Positions 1-9,941 of a stretch of DNA of 47,682 nt are shown here, piece after piece. This stretch comes from Verrucomicrobiota bacterium (lineage in GTDB: Bacteria > Verrucomicrobiota > Verrucomicrobiia > Chthoniobacterales > UBA6821). Location: assembly GCA_037127835.1 (NCBI GenBank), contig JBAXXS010000003.1, positions 1 to 47,682 on the forward strand. Reading direction: 5' to 3'. The notes beneath the pieces were generated by a model, which saw only the letters and a program-made list of their open reading frames with translations, made no database searches and was not told where the DNA came from. The stretch's first letter is position 1; every line of letters begins with the position of its first letter. The translations under genes and the position numbers were made by a program.

Positions 1-1
1 C

Positions 2-55
2 GCCTTCATCTACCAAGGCCCCGGCTTACTTAGGAATCTAGCTGCCGGCTTTTAA
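2..55 (+). CDS. pyrD: 3' end of a gene cut by the window edge; probably dihydroorotate dehydrogenase (quinone)
   Basis: Frame 2 reads AFIYQGPGLLRNLAAGF-stop, resembling the class 2 PyrD C-terminal motif (Y[TS]xxIYxGP). Only 17 residues are visible. Confidence 0.6.
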   Translation, partial: AFIYQGPGLLRNLAAGF

Positions 56-92
56 CCTTTTGTTTCTGGCAGTCGTCCCCCGCGAGACACCT

Positions 93-127
93 TTTATCTT
101 TTAGCCTTTAGACTTCAGCCTTTAGCC
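93..127. repeat. Degenerate 7-bp tandem repeat
   Basis: tttatct-tttagcc-tttagac-ttcagcc-tttagcc, five units. Confidence 0.8.
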
Positions 128-136
128 TTTCCATCC

Positions 137-1015
137 ATGTCCCACGCACCCGACACCACTCTTCTCCTAGGCCACTCGCCTGATCCCGATGACGCCTTCA
201 TGTTCTACGCCATGGCGGCTGAGAAGATCGACCTGATGGGCTACCGCTTCCAGCATATCCTTCAGGACATCCAGACTTTGAATGAGAGGGCGATGCGCGG
301 TGAGTTGCATCTCTCCGCCGTCTCGATCCACGCGTACGCCCACCTTCTCGACAAGTATGCGCTGCTTCCGTGCGGTGCCAGCATGGGTGACGGCTACGGG
401 CCGATGTTCGTGGCCCTCAAGGGACAAGGGCCTGCCGCCGATGCCTCGCTTGAGGAGAAGAAGGCCTGGCTCCGATCCAAGAAGATCGCCATCCCCGGCC
501 TCATGACCAGCGCTTACCTGAGCGCGCAACTTTTCCTCGGGAAGGAGTTCAATCACACGGTTGTTCCCTTCGACGAGATCTTCGATGCGATCCGCTCGGG
601 CTCGGTGGATGTCGGCCTAATCATCCATGAAGGTCAGCTCACTTATGATAACGAGGGCTTCGAGAAAATCGCCGACATGGGCGAGTGGTTCAAGGCCGAG
701 ACGGGCCTCCCGCTTCCGCTCGGCGGCAATGTCATCCGCAAGGACTTCGATTCCGATCAGCGTCGCGAGCTGAATATTATCATGAAGGAGAGCATCCGCT
801 ACGGCTTGGAGCATCGTCGCGCCGCTGTCGACCACAGCATGGCCCATGCCCGCGGTATGGAAGTGCCCCTCGCCGATGAATTCATCGGGATGTATGTGAA
901 CGACTACACCCTCGACTATGGCGAGAGCGGCCGAGCTGCGATCCGGGAGTTCTTGGGGCGCGCCGCTGACCAAGGTCTGGTACCAAGGCTGGACAAGCTC
1001 GAGTTTGTGAGTTGA
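137..1015 (+). CDS. mqnD: MqnD-family menaquinone biosynthesis protein (1,4-dihydroxy-6-naphthoate synthase, futalosine pathway)
   Basis: N-terminal GHSPDPDDAFMFYA, MGDGYGP, IIHEGQLTY, LPLPLGG and YVNDYTLDYG motifs. Confidence 0.88.
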   Translation: MSHAPDTTLLLGHSPDPDDAFMFYAMAAEKIDLMGYRFQHILQDIQTLNERAMRGELHLSAVSIHAYAHLLDKYALLPCGASMGDGYGPMFVALKGQGPAADASLEEKKAWLRSKKIAIPGLMTSAYLSAQLFLGKEFNHTVVPFDEIFDAIRSGSVDVGLIIHEGQLTYDNEGFEKIADMGEWFKAETGLPLPLGGNVIRKDFDSDQRRELNIIMKESIRYGLEHRRAAVDHSMAHARGMEVPLADEFIGMYVNDYTLDYGESGRAAIREFLGRAADQGLVPRLDKLEFVS

Positions 1016-1066
1016 GCGTTTTTTATTATTGCCATAAGGCTCTCACTCTGAAATCTTCCACCCCCC

Positions 1067-1282
1067 ATGCCAAAAGCAATCGCACGTAGCAAAACCAAGA
1101 AGTCCGTGGCCAAGCGGTTTAAGATCACCGCCACGGGCAAGGTCGTTCGTTCGAAGGCTGGTCGGCGCCACTTGCTCGAGTGCAAAAGCTCCAAGAGCAA
1201 GCGGAAGCTTGGCAAACAGGTAGTCGTTGAAGACTGCGATGTGAGCCGGGTGAAGCTGAATCTGCCTTTCGGTCTGCGATAA
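1067..1282 (+). CDS. rpmI: 50S ribosomal protein L35
   Basis: KTKKSVAKRFKITATGK...HLL...KSSKSKRKL; lies upstream of rplT. Confidence 0.97.
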   Translation: MPKAIARSKTKKSVAKRFKITATGKVVRSKAGRRHLLECKSSKSKRKLGKQVVVEDCDVSRVKLNLPFGLR

Positions 1283-1296
1283 AAGGTTAAAAAATA

Positions 1297-1406
1297 CGAT
1301 CCGAGGATCTGGCCGGAAGATTTCCGGCCTTCCCGGGCGGGTGAGATCCCGGATCGAACAACAAAAACAGCCAGCCCGACGAGGTCCACCGTGTCACAGC
1401 GGTGGA
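1297..1406 (+). ncRNA. Structured intergenic RNA between rpmI and rplT (candidate cis-regulatory element)
   Basis: cgatccg-a-ggatct (1297-1310) pairs with agatcc-cggatcg (1344-1356) and encloses the hairpin ggccggaa/ttccggcc. A second hairpin tccaccg/cggtgga (1385-1406) lies just before the rplT ATG. Confidence 0.5.
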
Positions 1407-1414
1407 AATAAGAG

Positions 1415-1810
1415 ATGCCAAGAGCCACCAATTCACCCGCCAGTCGCGCACGTCGCAAGCGGGTTATCGTAGAAGCCAGCGGATACCGCGGCCGCCGTTC
1501 CAAACTTTACCGCTATGCGAAGGATGCACGGATGAAGGCCAAGTATTGGGCCTACCGTGATCGCAAAACACGCAAGCGCAACGTCCGTTCCCTCTGGATC
1601 GTCCGTCTGAATGCAGCCGTCCGCGCTCAGGGACTGAGCTACAACCGCTTCATCGAGGGCCTGAAGGCCGCCAACATCCTGCTCGATCGCAAAGTCCTCT
1701 CGGACATCGCGATCACGGATGAGGGTTCCTTCACCCAGATCGTCGCCAAGGCCAAGGCAGCCCTCGAGGCAAAGCCAAAAGTCAAAGCGCCGCAGGCTGT
1801 CGCAGCCTAA
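1415..1810 (+). CDS. rplT: 50S ribosomal protein L20
   Basis: MPRATN...GYRGRRSKLYR...YRDRKTRKRNVRSLWIVRLNAA...LDRKVLSDIA. Confidence 0.98.
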   Translation: MPRATNSPASRARRKRVIVEASGYRGRRSKLYRYAKDARMKAKYWAYRDRKTRKRNVRSLWIVRLNAAVRAQGLSYNRFIEGLKAANILLDRKVLSDIAITDEGSFTQIVAKAKAALEAKPKVKAPQAVAA

Positions 1811-1834
1811 GGGCGGTCACCGGGATTTCCCTAA

Positions 1835-2869
1835 GTGGAGACCCAGACACCAGCGCTTAGCAGCCAAATCGACCAGCTTCGCATCGAGGCGCTCTCCGCT
1901 ATTGCGGAGGCGTCCGATGCCATAGCTCTTAAGGAAGCGCGCGTCCGCTACCTCGGTAAGACCGGATCGGTCTCCCTGCTGAGCGAGGGGATGCGCACCC
2001 TCTCCAAGGAAGAGCGCCCTATCATGGGTAAGCTCCTGAATGACTTGCGTGCCGCTGTCACGGCCTCGCTTGATGAGAAGGAATCGGCTCTCACTGCCCA
2101 GGCGGACGCCGCCGCTCTCTCGGCAATCGATACCTCTCTTCCCGGCACGGGGCCAGAGGCCGGATCACTCCACCCGCTCACACTGCTGGTCGACCAGGCC
2201 GTGCAGATCTTTCGCGGGCTAGGATTTGCCATTGCCGATGGTCCTGACATGGAGACCGAGTGGCACTGCTTCGACGCGCTGAACACCCCCGCCGACCATC
2301 CGGCCCGGAACGAGCAGGATACCTTCTATCTCCCCGATGGACGTTTGCTTCGCACGCATACGTCGTCCATTCAAATCCGCACGATGGTGGCGAACCCGCC
2401 CCCGATCCGTATCATCGCACCAGGTGCCGCCTACCGCCGCGACGAAGTCGATGCCACCCATCTCGCTCAGTTCACCCAGATGGAGGGACTCTATGTCGCT
2501 CCGGGTGTGAGTCTGGCCGATCTCAAGGGAACGATCGAATTCTTCTTCCGCGAGCTTTTCGGCGCCGGCACAGAGATTCGTTTTCGCCCTCATTTCTTCC
2601 CCTTCACCGAGCCGAGCTACGAGATCGATCTCCGTACCGAGGCCCTAGGCGGGAAGTGGATGGAACTCGCCGGCTGCGGTATGGTCGACCCTGCCGTCTT
2701 CGAGGAAGTAAACAAAAAGCGCGGCGACAATGCCTATGATCCCGAGAAGGTGAGCGGCTTTGCCTTCGGCTTTGGTCTCGACCGCCTCGCTATGAATCTC
2801 ACGGGTGTTTCCGACATCCGGATGCTGACCGAGAACGACCTGCGCTTCCTTTCCCGATTCACAGCCTAA
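1835..2869 (+). CDS. pheS: Phenylalanine--tRNA ligase alpha subunit
   Basis: HPARNEQDTFY, LLRTHTS, FRPHFFPFTEPS, GCGMVDP, GFAFGFGLDRL; GTG start. Confidence 0.98.
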   Translation: METQTPALSSQIDQLRIEALSAIAEASDAIALKEARVRYLGKTGSVSLLSEGMRTLSKEERPIMGKLLNDLRAAVTASLDEKESALTAQADAAALSAIDTSLPGTGPEAGSLHPLTLLVDQAVQIFRGLGFAIADGPDMETEWHCFDALNTPADHPARNEQDTFYLPDGRLLRTHTSSIQIRTMVANPPPIRIIAPGAAYRRDEVDATHLAQFTQMEGLYVAPGVSLADLKGTIEFFFRELFGAGTEIRFRPHFFPFTEPSYEIDLRTEALGGKWMELAGCGMVDPAVFEEVNKKRGDNAYDPEKVSGFAFGFGLDRLAMNLTGVSDIRMLTENDLRFLSRFTA

Positions 2870-2882
2870 TTTCACAGCCTAA
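2858..2882. repeat. 12-bp direct duplication across the pheS stop codon
   Basis: ttcacagcctaa-t-ttcacagcctaa. Confidence 0.8.
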
Positions 2883-2888
2883 ACGCCT

Positions 2889-5294
2889 ATGAAGATCTCC
2901 CTTTCCTGGCTACGGGACTATCTCCGCACCGACAAACCGGTTGCCGAGATCGCTCGTATTCTGACCGACGCGGGCCTCGAGGTCGGCGCGATCGAGTCGA
3001 CCGGCGTCGCCATTCCGAAAGTGGTTGCCGCCCAGATCCTCGAGTCAATCCAGCACCCGAATGCCGACCGACTCAGTGTCTGCAAGGTTGATGATGGCAG
3101 CGGCATGCCTCGCCAGATTGTCTGCGGAGCCAAGAATTACAAGGTCGGTGACAAGGTGCCGCTCGCACAACCAGGCGCCGTGATGCCCGGTGATTTCAAG
3201 ATCAAGGTGGGCAAGCTCCGCGGCGTCGAGAGCGAGGGGATGATGTGCAGCTCGAAGGAACTCGGCCTCGGCGAAGGAGCTGATGGATTATTGATTCTGC
3301 CTTCGGAGACCTCAATCGGAACGCCCCTAAGCGAACTTTTCCCAGCCGAGGAAGTCTTCGAGATCGAGATCACGCCGAACCGTCCCGACTGGCTCGGTCA
3401 TCTCGGAGTGGCTCGCGAAGCAGCCGCCTTCGACTGTGGTGAGCTGATTGCTAAGGAGCCGGATCTTCCCGAAACGAAGCAAGATGCTTTGGTTGCCGCG
3501 ATTGCAACCCCCGGGGCCGCATCCTTCTACAGCATCCGCCGCATCGACGGGGTGAAGGTTGGGCCTAGCCCCAAGTGGCTCCGCAAGCGTCTGGAGTCCG
3601 TCGGCCTCCGCTCCATTAACAACATCGTGGACATCACGAATTTCGTGATGTTCGAGACGGCTCAGCCTCTGCACGCCTTTGATGCCGGTAAAATCGAGGG
3701 GGCTCTGATCGTCCGCTTTGCGAACGAGGGGGAAGCCTTCGTAGCACTAGATGGAAAGGAACATAAGCTCTGCCCCAGCGATCTTGTGATCGCCGATGCC
3801 AAAGGACCTCAGGCCATTGCAGGAATAACCGGGGGTGTTGCGAGCGGAGTCTCGGAAGCGACCACATCGATTCTGCTTGAGAGCGCCCTCTTCGAGGCGA
3901 CCGTGATCCGGCGTTCCAGCCGCGCGCTGGGAATCTCGACCGACTCCAGTTACCGCTTCGAGAGGGGAGTCGATGCCCAGAGCGTGCTGACAGCTTCGGC
4001 CCGTGCCGCAGCCCTTATTGTTGAGCTAGCCGGAGGAACTCCCTCTGCCGAGGTTGTTGCTATCGGATCGCTGCCAGCAATGCGCGTGGTGGCCCTGCGC
4101 GGTGATCGTGTTCGCTCACTGCTCGGCGTCGATCTGGATGATTCTGCGATTACTTTACTTCTTGCCAAGCTGGGGCTCAAAAAGATCACCAGTGAAGCTA
4201 CTCTGGGATTTGAGATTCCCTCCTGGCGGAATGATCTGACCCGCGAGGTCGATCTGATCGAGGAGGTCGCTCGCCTCCACGGGATCAACTCCATCACCGC
4301 AAAGTGTGCAGGTATCCCTGCTCACTCGAGCGAGGCCGACAAGGCTTACGATTTTTCCCGTGGTTTGCGTCGCCGTCTCTCTGGCGGAGGATTTCATGAA
4401 GCCCGTAGTGGAACCCTCACTGGTAGCCGCGATCAGGCAGCCTTTGCCACCGGGACCCCCGGCAGATCTGGGGCCGTTGTTTCCGTCCGCAACCCGATGG
4501 GTGAGGAGCACTCGACTCTTAGAGCCAGCTTGATACCGGGACTTCTGGAGGCCGTTTCGCGTAATCTGCGCCATGGAACTGATTTGATACGGCTCTTCGA
4601 GATCGGCAAAGTCTACCAGCAGGAGCAACCCGAGGAGTCGATGCGACTCGGTCTTGTCATGACGGGCCGCACAGCGCCCGAGAATTGGCGTGGTAAGGAG
4701 GAAGGGGAGCGGTCCCTGGATCTCTATGATCTCAAGGGCTTCATACAACTGCTCGGCGCGCGTCTGGAACCAATCACCTTCCGTGCTGCAACCCATGCTT
4801 CTCTACCGCTGGCTCTCGAGCTTTTGATCGCAGGCAAATCAATAGGGATTCTCGGCGTTCTTTCACCATCTGCCACGCGGGAGGTGATGGTCGGTGGGCA
4901 TCAGGGTCAGATCGTTGTGGCTGAGCTCGACCTCAATGCACTGCAGGTAGCCAACGGCATTGGGTTCTCGAAGGACCCGAAGAAGCATGGCTCCCTCCCC
5001 AAGTTCCCGGCGATCCGTCGCGACCTTGCCCTCCTGATGGAGGCGGCCATTCCCTATGCGGCGGTCGAAGAGGCTGTGCTGGGAGCCAAGGAGGAACTTT
5101 TTTCTTCAGTCATCCCCTTTGACGTCTTCAGCGATCCCGAGGGAGTCAAGGTGCCGCTTGGCAAAAAATCTCTGGCGATCGCCTTGACTTTCCTGCATCC
5201 CGAAAGAACCTTGACCACGGAAGAGGTGAACGCGGCGGTCACACGCATCGTCGCCAGGCTTCGGGAAGCGGCGGGAGCCGAGGTCCGAAGCTGA
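2889..5294 (+). CDS. pheT: Phenylalanine--tRNA ligase beta subunit
   Basis: HPNADRLSVC, IVCGAKN, ITPNRPDWL, SYRFERGVD, DLIEEVAR and a C-terminal FDX-ACB domain (FPAIRRDLA). Confidence 0.98.
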   Translation: MKISLSWLRDYLRTDKPVAEIARILTDAGLEVGAIESTGVAIPKVVAAQILESIQHPNADRLSVCKVDDGSGMPRQIVCGAKNYKVGDKVPLAQPGAVMPGDFKIKVGKLRGVESEGMMCSSKELGLGEGADGLLILPSETSIGTPLSELFPAEEVFEIEITPNRPDWLGHLGVAREAAAFDCGELIAKEPDLPETKQDALVAAIATPGAASFYSIRRIDGVKVGPSPKWLRKRLESVGLRSINNIVDITNFVMFETAQPLHAFDAGKIEGALIVRFANEGEAFVALDGKEHKLCPSDLVIADAKGPQAIAGITGGVASGVSEATTSILLESALFEATVIRRSSRALGISTDSSYRFERGVDAQSVLTASARAAALIVELAGGTPSAEVVAIGSLPAMRVVALRGDRVRSLLGVDLDDSAITLLLAKLGLKKITSEATLGFEIPSWRNDLTREVDLIEEVARLHGINSITAKCAGIPAHSSEADKAYDFSRGLRRRLSGGGFHEARSGTLTGSRDQAAFATGTPGRSGAVVSVRNPMGEEHSTLRASLIPGLLEAVSRNLRHGTDLIRLFEIGKVYQQEQPEESMRLGLVMTGRTAPENWRGKEEGERSLDLYDLKGFIQLLGARLEPITFRAATHASLPLALELLIAGKSIGILGVLSPSATREVMVGGHQGQIVVAELDLNALQVANGIGFSKDPKKHGSLPKFPAIRRDLALLMEAAIPYAAVEEAVLGAKEELFSSVIPFDVFSDPEGVKVPLGKKSLAIALTFLHPERTLTTEEVNAAVTRIVARLREAAGAEVRS

Positions 5295-5646
5295 ATCTTC
5301 GAATCATGAAAATGGTAGTCGCTCTCTCCACATTTTGAATTTGCCCTGCGGTGTTCGGGATTCGGTCTGTATGCTCCCGATCCGATGTGATCAAACCGGA
5401 GGCTGACCGGGCGGAACAATGACAGGCCTTCACTGGAGGTCAGCGGTCCGCACGGAGGTCTCCACCCTAACCTATATTGGGAACGGGATCGCGACCTAAC
5501 GGCATCGCGGGGCAATCTTCTATCCTTCAGGCTTCTTGGGGGTGTAAGGCCTGTCTACGATTGGCCTGCTGTTAAACCATCTCCATAAAAATAGCCTTCC
5601 TTTTTTGGTCACATTCGTATTGCGATGTTTATTGCGCTGACCTTAC

Positions 5647-5892
5647 TTGGTGCATCCTCTAGCCATTCACAGGAGCTGCCAGTTACGGACACCCGAGGGC
5701 GGTAAGTTTACCCTCGAGACGACAATACCCAAGGGAACCATCGTGCGGATCGAAATCCCGGGCAACTTTGCCAAGTTAGGAGAGGGAAGCGAATCTAAGG
5801 CTCCAAAAGCGTTGGGGATGCAGGATAAGCGCCCGGTCTTCAAGGTCTTGCCCGGAACTTACAGCTTCACATCCGATTTGCTAAAACTATAA
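5647..5892 (+). pseudogene. C-terminal remnant of an alpha-L-rhamnosidase (GH78-type)
   Basis: EGGKFTLETTIPKGTIVRIEIP...VFKVLPGTYSF resembles the GH78 C-terminal beta domain (FTLxVxIPxNTxAxVxLP...VGSGxYxF). It sits directly upstream of rhaT. The 5306-5646 region has a signal-peptide-like start broken by stops. Confidence 0.6.
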
Positions 5893-5912
5893 TCACCGCA
5901 CCCCCCATCTTC

Positions 5913-7073
5913 ATGAATCCATTCCTCGGCGTCTTCTTCCACTGGCTCGGCGGCTTTGCCTCCGGCAGTTTCTATGTTCCCTACCGATTCGTGAAGAAAT
6001 GGGCCTGGGAGACCGCCTGGATGGTGGGGGGCTTCTTCTCTTGGATCATCATGCCGTCGCTGCTGGCGCTGCTGATGACCCATGATCTCCACGGCGTGAT
6101 CGCGCGCCAGACTGGAAACACGCTCTTGTGGACCTATTTCTTTGGCTGCCTCTGGGGGTTGGGTGGTTTAACCTTCGGCCTCACGATGCGCTATCTTGGA
6201 ATGTCACTCGGCATGGGGGTCGCCCTTGGTTACTGCGCCGCCTTCGGGACGCTCCTTCCCCCGATAGCCAAGCTCTTCATTCCATCCATTCCGTGCGACG
6301 AGACGATCATCCAGATCGCCTCCACCCTGCCTGGCCAGATAACGCTGATCGGCGTGCTTGCCTGTCTCGTCGGCATCGGGCTTGCCGCTTTGGCAGGACT
6401 CAACAAGGAACGGGAGATGGACAAGTCGGCGAAGACGGAAGCCATCAAGGAGTTCAACTTCCCCAAGGGAATGGCCGTCGCCACCTTTTCCGGCGTGATG
6501 AGCGCCTGTTTCGCCTTCGCACTGACCGCCGGCAAGCCGATCGGGGAGGCCTCGCTTCTGGCCGGCACCGACCAGATCTGGACTGGGCTTCCGAAGCTCG
6601 TTGTCGTGCTCCTTGGCGGCTTCACTACGAATTTCCTTTGGTGCGCCTACCTCCACTTCAAGAACGGCACAGCCTATCAGTACCTCAGCGGGACGATCCG
6701 CGAGGAGCATGCCGCTCTCGGCGGTGCTGGCCGTGGTGAACATGGAGCAGCAGCTCCGGTCGCGCCTGCAAACGGTGATCTTAAGGTGCCAATGCTGAGT
6801 AACTATATCTTTTCCGCACTAGCGGGGACCATCTGGTATCTGCAATTTTTCTTCTATACGATGGGGGAGACGCAGATGGGTAAGTTTGGCTTCGCCAGCT
6901 GGACCCTCCACATGGCCAGCATTATCATTTTCAGTACGATGTGGGGCTGGATCTTCCATGAGTGGAAGGGCTCGAGTAAAAAGACCCATGCCCTCATCGC
7001 TTTGGGCATCGCCACGCTGATCCTCTCCACTATCGTCATCGGCATCGGCACCTGGTTAAAAGGACATTCCTGA
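5913..7073 (+). CDS. rhaT: L-rhamnose/proton symporter
   Basis: GSFYVPYRFVKKWAWE, WGLGGLTFGLTMRYLGMSLG, WYLQFFFY, SWTLHMA; multi-pass membrane protein next to rhaA. Confidence 0.95.
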   Translation: MNPFLGVFFHWLGGFASGSFYVPYRFVKKWAWETAWMVGGFFSWIIMPSLLALLMTHDLHGVIARQTGNTLLWTYFFGCLWGLGGLTFGLTMRYLGMSLGMGVALGYCAAFGTLLPPIAKLFIPSIPCDETIIQIASTLPGQITLIGVLACLVGIGLAALAGLNKEREMDKSAKTEAIKEFNFPKGMAVATFSGVMSACFAFALTAGKPIGEASLLAGTDQIWTGLPKLVVVLLGGFTTNFLWCAYLHFKNGTAYQYLSGTIREEHAALGGAGRGEHGAAAPVAPANGDLKVPMLSNYIFSALAGTIWYLQFFFYTMGETQMGKFGFASWTLHMASIIIFSTMWGWIFHEWKGSSKKTHALIALGIATLILSTIVIGIGTWLKGHS

Positions 7074-7114
7074 TACGGAACCGCCAGAATTAGCACAGAA
7101 ACACCCATATTTTC

Positions 7115-8359
7115 ATGAACGCCTATAACCTAGCCAAAGAAACCTACGCCTCCCACGGAGTCGATACCGAGGAGGCGCTGAAGCATCTCGCCGCCACCCC
7201 TATCTCACTCCACTGCTGGCAGGGGGATGATGTGGGGGGATTTGAAAGCGCCGGTGCCGACCTGGCCGGAAGCGGTCTAGCCGCGACGGGAAATTATCCC
7301 GGCAAGGCCCGTACTCCGGAGGAACTTCGCCGTGATCTGGAGAAGGCGCTTTCGCTGATCCCCGGAAAGCACCGGCTCAATCTCCATGCCTGTTACGCCG
7401 AACTCGGTGGCAAGAAGAAGGAACGATGCGACTACGGCATCGGAGAGTTCCAGGGCTGGATCGACTGGGCGAAGTCCTGTGGGCTCGGCATGGATTTCAA
7501 CCCCAGCTTTTTCGCTCATCCGAAGGCCGCATCCGGCTTCACCCTCTCCAGCCCTGACAAGGGCATCCGCGATTACTGGGTCGAGCATGGCAAGGCCTGC
7601 CGCCGGATTGGCGCTGAGATCGGTCGCCAACTCGGATCAATCTGTGTCACCAATGTCTGGATTCCCGACGGTTCCAAGGATCTTCCAGTCGACCGCAAGG
7701 GACCCCGCCTCCGCCTGGAGGCCGCGCTCGATGAACTCTTCTCCGAGACAATCGATCCGAAGCAGAATCTCGATGCCGTGGAGTGCAAACTCTTTGGTAT
7801 TGGCAGCGAGAGTTATGTTGTCGGTTCCCATGAGTTCTACATGGGCTATGCCGTAAAGAACCAAAAGCTCCTCTGCCTCGATGCCGGCCACTTCCACCCA
7901 ACGGAGCAACTGGCCGACAAGATATCTTCAGTTCTCCAGTTTGTCCCCGAACTTCTACTCCATGTGAGTCGTGGTGTCCGATGGGACAGTGACCATGTCG
8001 TCCTTCTTGACGATCCGACGATCGCCATCATGGAGGAGTTGGTGCGCGGTGATTTCCTCAGTCGAACGCATATTGGCCTCGATTTCTTCGATGCCTCGAT
8101 CAACCGTATCGCCGCTTGGGTGATAGGCACCCGCAGCGCCCAGAAGGCACTCTTGCTAGCCCTGCTTCAACCTCTTGAAAAGCTCCGGGCCGCCGAGGAC
8201 TCCGGCGCTCTCTGGGAGCGACTTGCGCTCATGGAGGAATCGAAGACGCTGCCGACAGGGGCCGTCTGGGAAGAATTCTGCCTCAGGAACAACGTCCCCG
8301 TCGACTGGATGACCGAGGTCCGTTCCTACGAGAAAAGCGAACTCTCAAAGAGAGGCTGA
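7115..8359 (+). CDS. rhaA: L-rhamnose isomerase
   Basis: [78 protein letters not shown]. Confidence 0.98.
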   Translation: MNAYNLAKETYASHGVDTEEALKHLAATPISLHCWQGDDVGGFESAGADLAGSGLAATGNYPGKARTPEELRRDLEKALSLIPGKHRLNLHACYAELGGKKKERCDYGIGEFQGWIDWAKSCGLGMDFNPSFFAHPKAASGFTLSSPDKGIRDYWVEHGKACRRIGAEIGRQLGSICVTNVWIPDGSKDLPVDRKGPRLRLEAALDELFSETIDPKQNLDAVECKLFGIGSESYVVGSHEFYMGYAVKNQKLLCLDAGHFHPTEQLADKISSVLQFVPELLLHVSRGVRWDSDHVVLLDDPTIAIMEELVRGDFLSRTHIGLDFFDASINRIAAWVIGTRSAQKALLLALLQPLEKLRAAEDSGALWERLALMEESKTLPTGAVWEEFCLRNNVPVDWMTEVRSYEKSELSKRG

Positions 8360-8375
8360 CGATTTTTTATACGAG

Positions 8376-8397
8376 ACCCCGTAGCTTGAAGCGGGGT
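8376..8397. terminator. Hairpin after rhaA, possible terminator
   Basis: accccg...cggggt stem, but no strong 3' U-tract. Confidence 0.3.
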
Positions 8398-8459
8398 TCT
8401 ATAATTCATCGGTTCCTAAGCATTGATTTTCCTGTCCGCTCGGGCGAGGGTTAGAGTTC

Positions 8460-9941
8460 ATGTTTTTAGGAGCCCTTAAAGTCATCGGTATTATTCTCGA
8501 GGTGGTGATGCTCTTCAACCTGCTCATTGTCGTGCATGAGTTGGGCCATTTTTTCGCCGCCAAGTGGTGTGGTCTGAAGGTGGAGAAGTTTGCGATCTGG
8601 TTCGGCAAGGCGCTCTGGTCGAAGACGATCAACGGCGTGGAATACCGACTCGGTAGCATTCCTGCAGGCGGATTCGTTGCCATTCCCCAACTCGCCCCCA
8701 TGGAGGCCTTGGAAGGTGAAACCAATGAGAAGGAAGAGGCGCTGCCTCCGGCCCGCCCTCTCGACAAGATCATCGTCGCTCTTGCCGGTCCCGCCGCCAG
8801 CCTCGGGCTGGCTTTTCTGATTGCCTGCGTGGTCTGGTATGTAGGGCGTCCTGTCAGCGAGGCCGAGACGACCAACGTCATTGGTTATGTTCTTGAGGGA
8901 GGACCCGCTGCCAAGGCCGGACTCAAGCCGGGAGACAAGATTCTGGCCGTTAACGGACACCCGGTTACTCGGATCAATGGTATGGGCCGGATGAGCGACA
9001 GCGTTGCCTGGAATCTGGCCATCAGCTCCGCTCCCGTGGTGCCCATCCGTTTCGAACGCGCCGGCAAGCAATCGGCGGTCGAGGTGGAGCCTTTTGTCGA
9101 GCCGAGTAAGGGCTGGGGGCGCAAGAACCTCCGCCAGATTCAGATCATTCCGGCCATGACTCCGCTCATCGCGCGCGTCGTTGCTAACAGCCCAGCCGAG
9201 GAGGCAGGACTTCGTGCCGGAGATCTCGTGATTGCGGCAAATGGGCAAAAACTCTACAGCGGTCAGACTCTTGCAGAGGTTCTGAGCGCTACCAAGGGCG
9301 CCCCGGTGACTCTGACAATCCGCCGGGGTAATGCAGATTTTCCAGTCTCGATAATCCCGCGCATCCCGGTGGGTGAAAAGCAGGTCCGCCTCGGTATCCA
9401 ATGGGACCAGCGTGGGCTTGTCAGACTGGTCCATCCGGATCCCTTCACGCAGATCAAGTCGAGCCTGCTAACCATGTGGGAGACCATCTCGGCCGTCACG
9501 GCCCGCCATTCCGAAATAGGCGTCCAACAACTCAGTGGGCCCGTCGGGATCATGAGGATCTACTACCTTCTCTTCCAGAGCCCGATGGGATGGCAGCTGG
9601 CCCTCTGGTTTAGTGTCGTTCTGAACGTCAACCTGGCTGTGATGAATATGCTCCCGCTACCTGTCCTCGATGGAGGGCATATCCTGCTGGCCTTCATCGA
9701 ATGGATCTGCGGTCATCCGATCCACCAGAAAACGCTGGAGATTGTCCAGACCACCTTCGCCATGCTGCTGATCGGGACCATGATCTATATCTCCTTTTAC
9801 GATGTCAGTGATTTGGTGACGGGACACAAATCTGCAGCGGCAGCTACGGGTGATAAGACAGCGGAGACCATGACCTTCTCACCAAAATCTCCTGCTGTTA
9901 ATGTTGTGGCCCCCTCGCCAGCTTCCTCCGTCAAGCCATGA
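8460..9941 (+). CDS. rseP: RIP metalloprotease RseP (M50 family, two PDZ domains)
   Basis: HELGH zinc motif, AGP motif, two GL[KR]xGDx[IV] PDZ segments, NMLPLPVLDGGH. Confidence 0.95.
   Translation: MFLGALKVIGIILEVVMLFNLLIVVHELGHFFAAKWCGLKVEKFAIWFGKALWSKTINGVEYRLGSIPAGGFVAIPQLAPMEALEGETNEKEEALPPARPLDKIIVALAGPAASLGLAFLIACVVWYVGRPVSEAETTNVIGYVLEGGPAAKAGLKPGDKILAVNGHPVTRINGMGRMSDSVAWNLAISSAPVVPIRFERAGKQSAVEVEPFVEPSKGWGRKNLRQIQIIPAMTPLIARVVANSPAEEAGLRAGDLVIAANGQKLYSGQTLAEVLSATKGAPVTLTIRRGNADFPVSIIPRIPVGEKQVRLGIQWDQRGLVRLVHPDPFTQIKSSLLTMWETISAVTARHSEIGVQQLSGPVGIMRIYYLLFQSPMGWQLALWFSVVLNVNLAVMNMLPLPVLDGGHILLAFIEWICGHPIHQKTLEIVQTTFAMLLIGTMIYISFYDVSDLVTGHKSAAAATGDKTAETMTFSPKSPAVNVVAPSPASSVKP

Noticed and set aside
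1297-1380. HDV-like ribozyme suggested by the ggccgg start
   Set aside because: The nested double pseudoknot and catalytic-C context could not be built from the sequence.
1811-1834. T-box or pheM-type attenuator before pheS
   Set aside because: Only 24 bp separate rplT from pheS, leaving no room.
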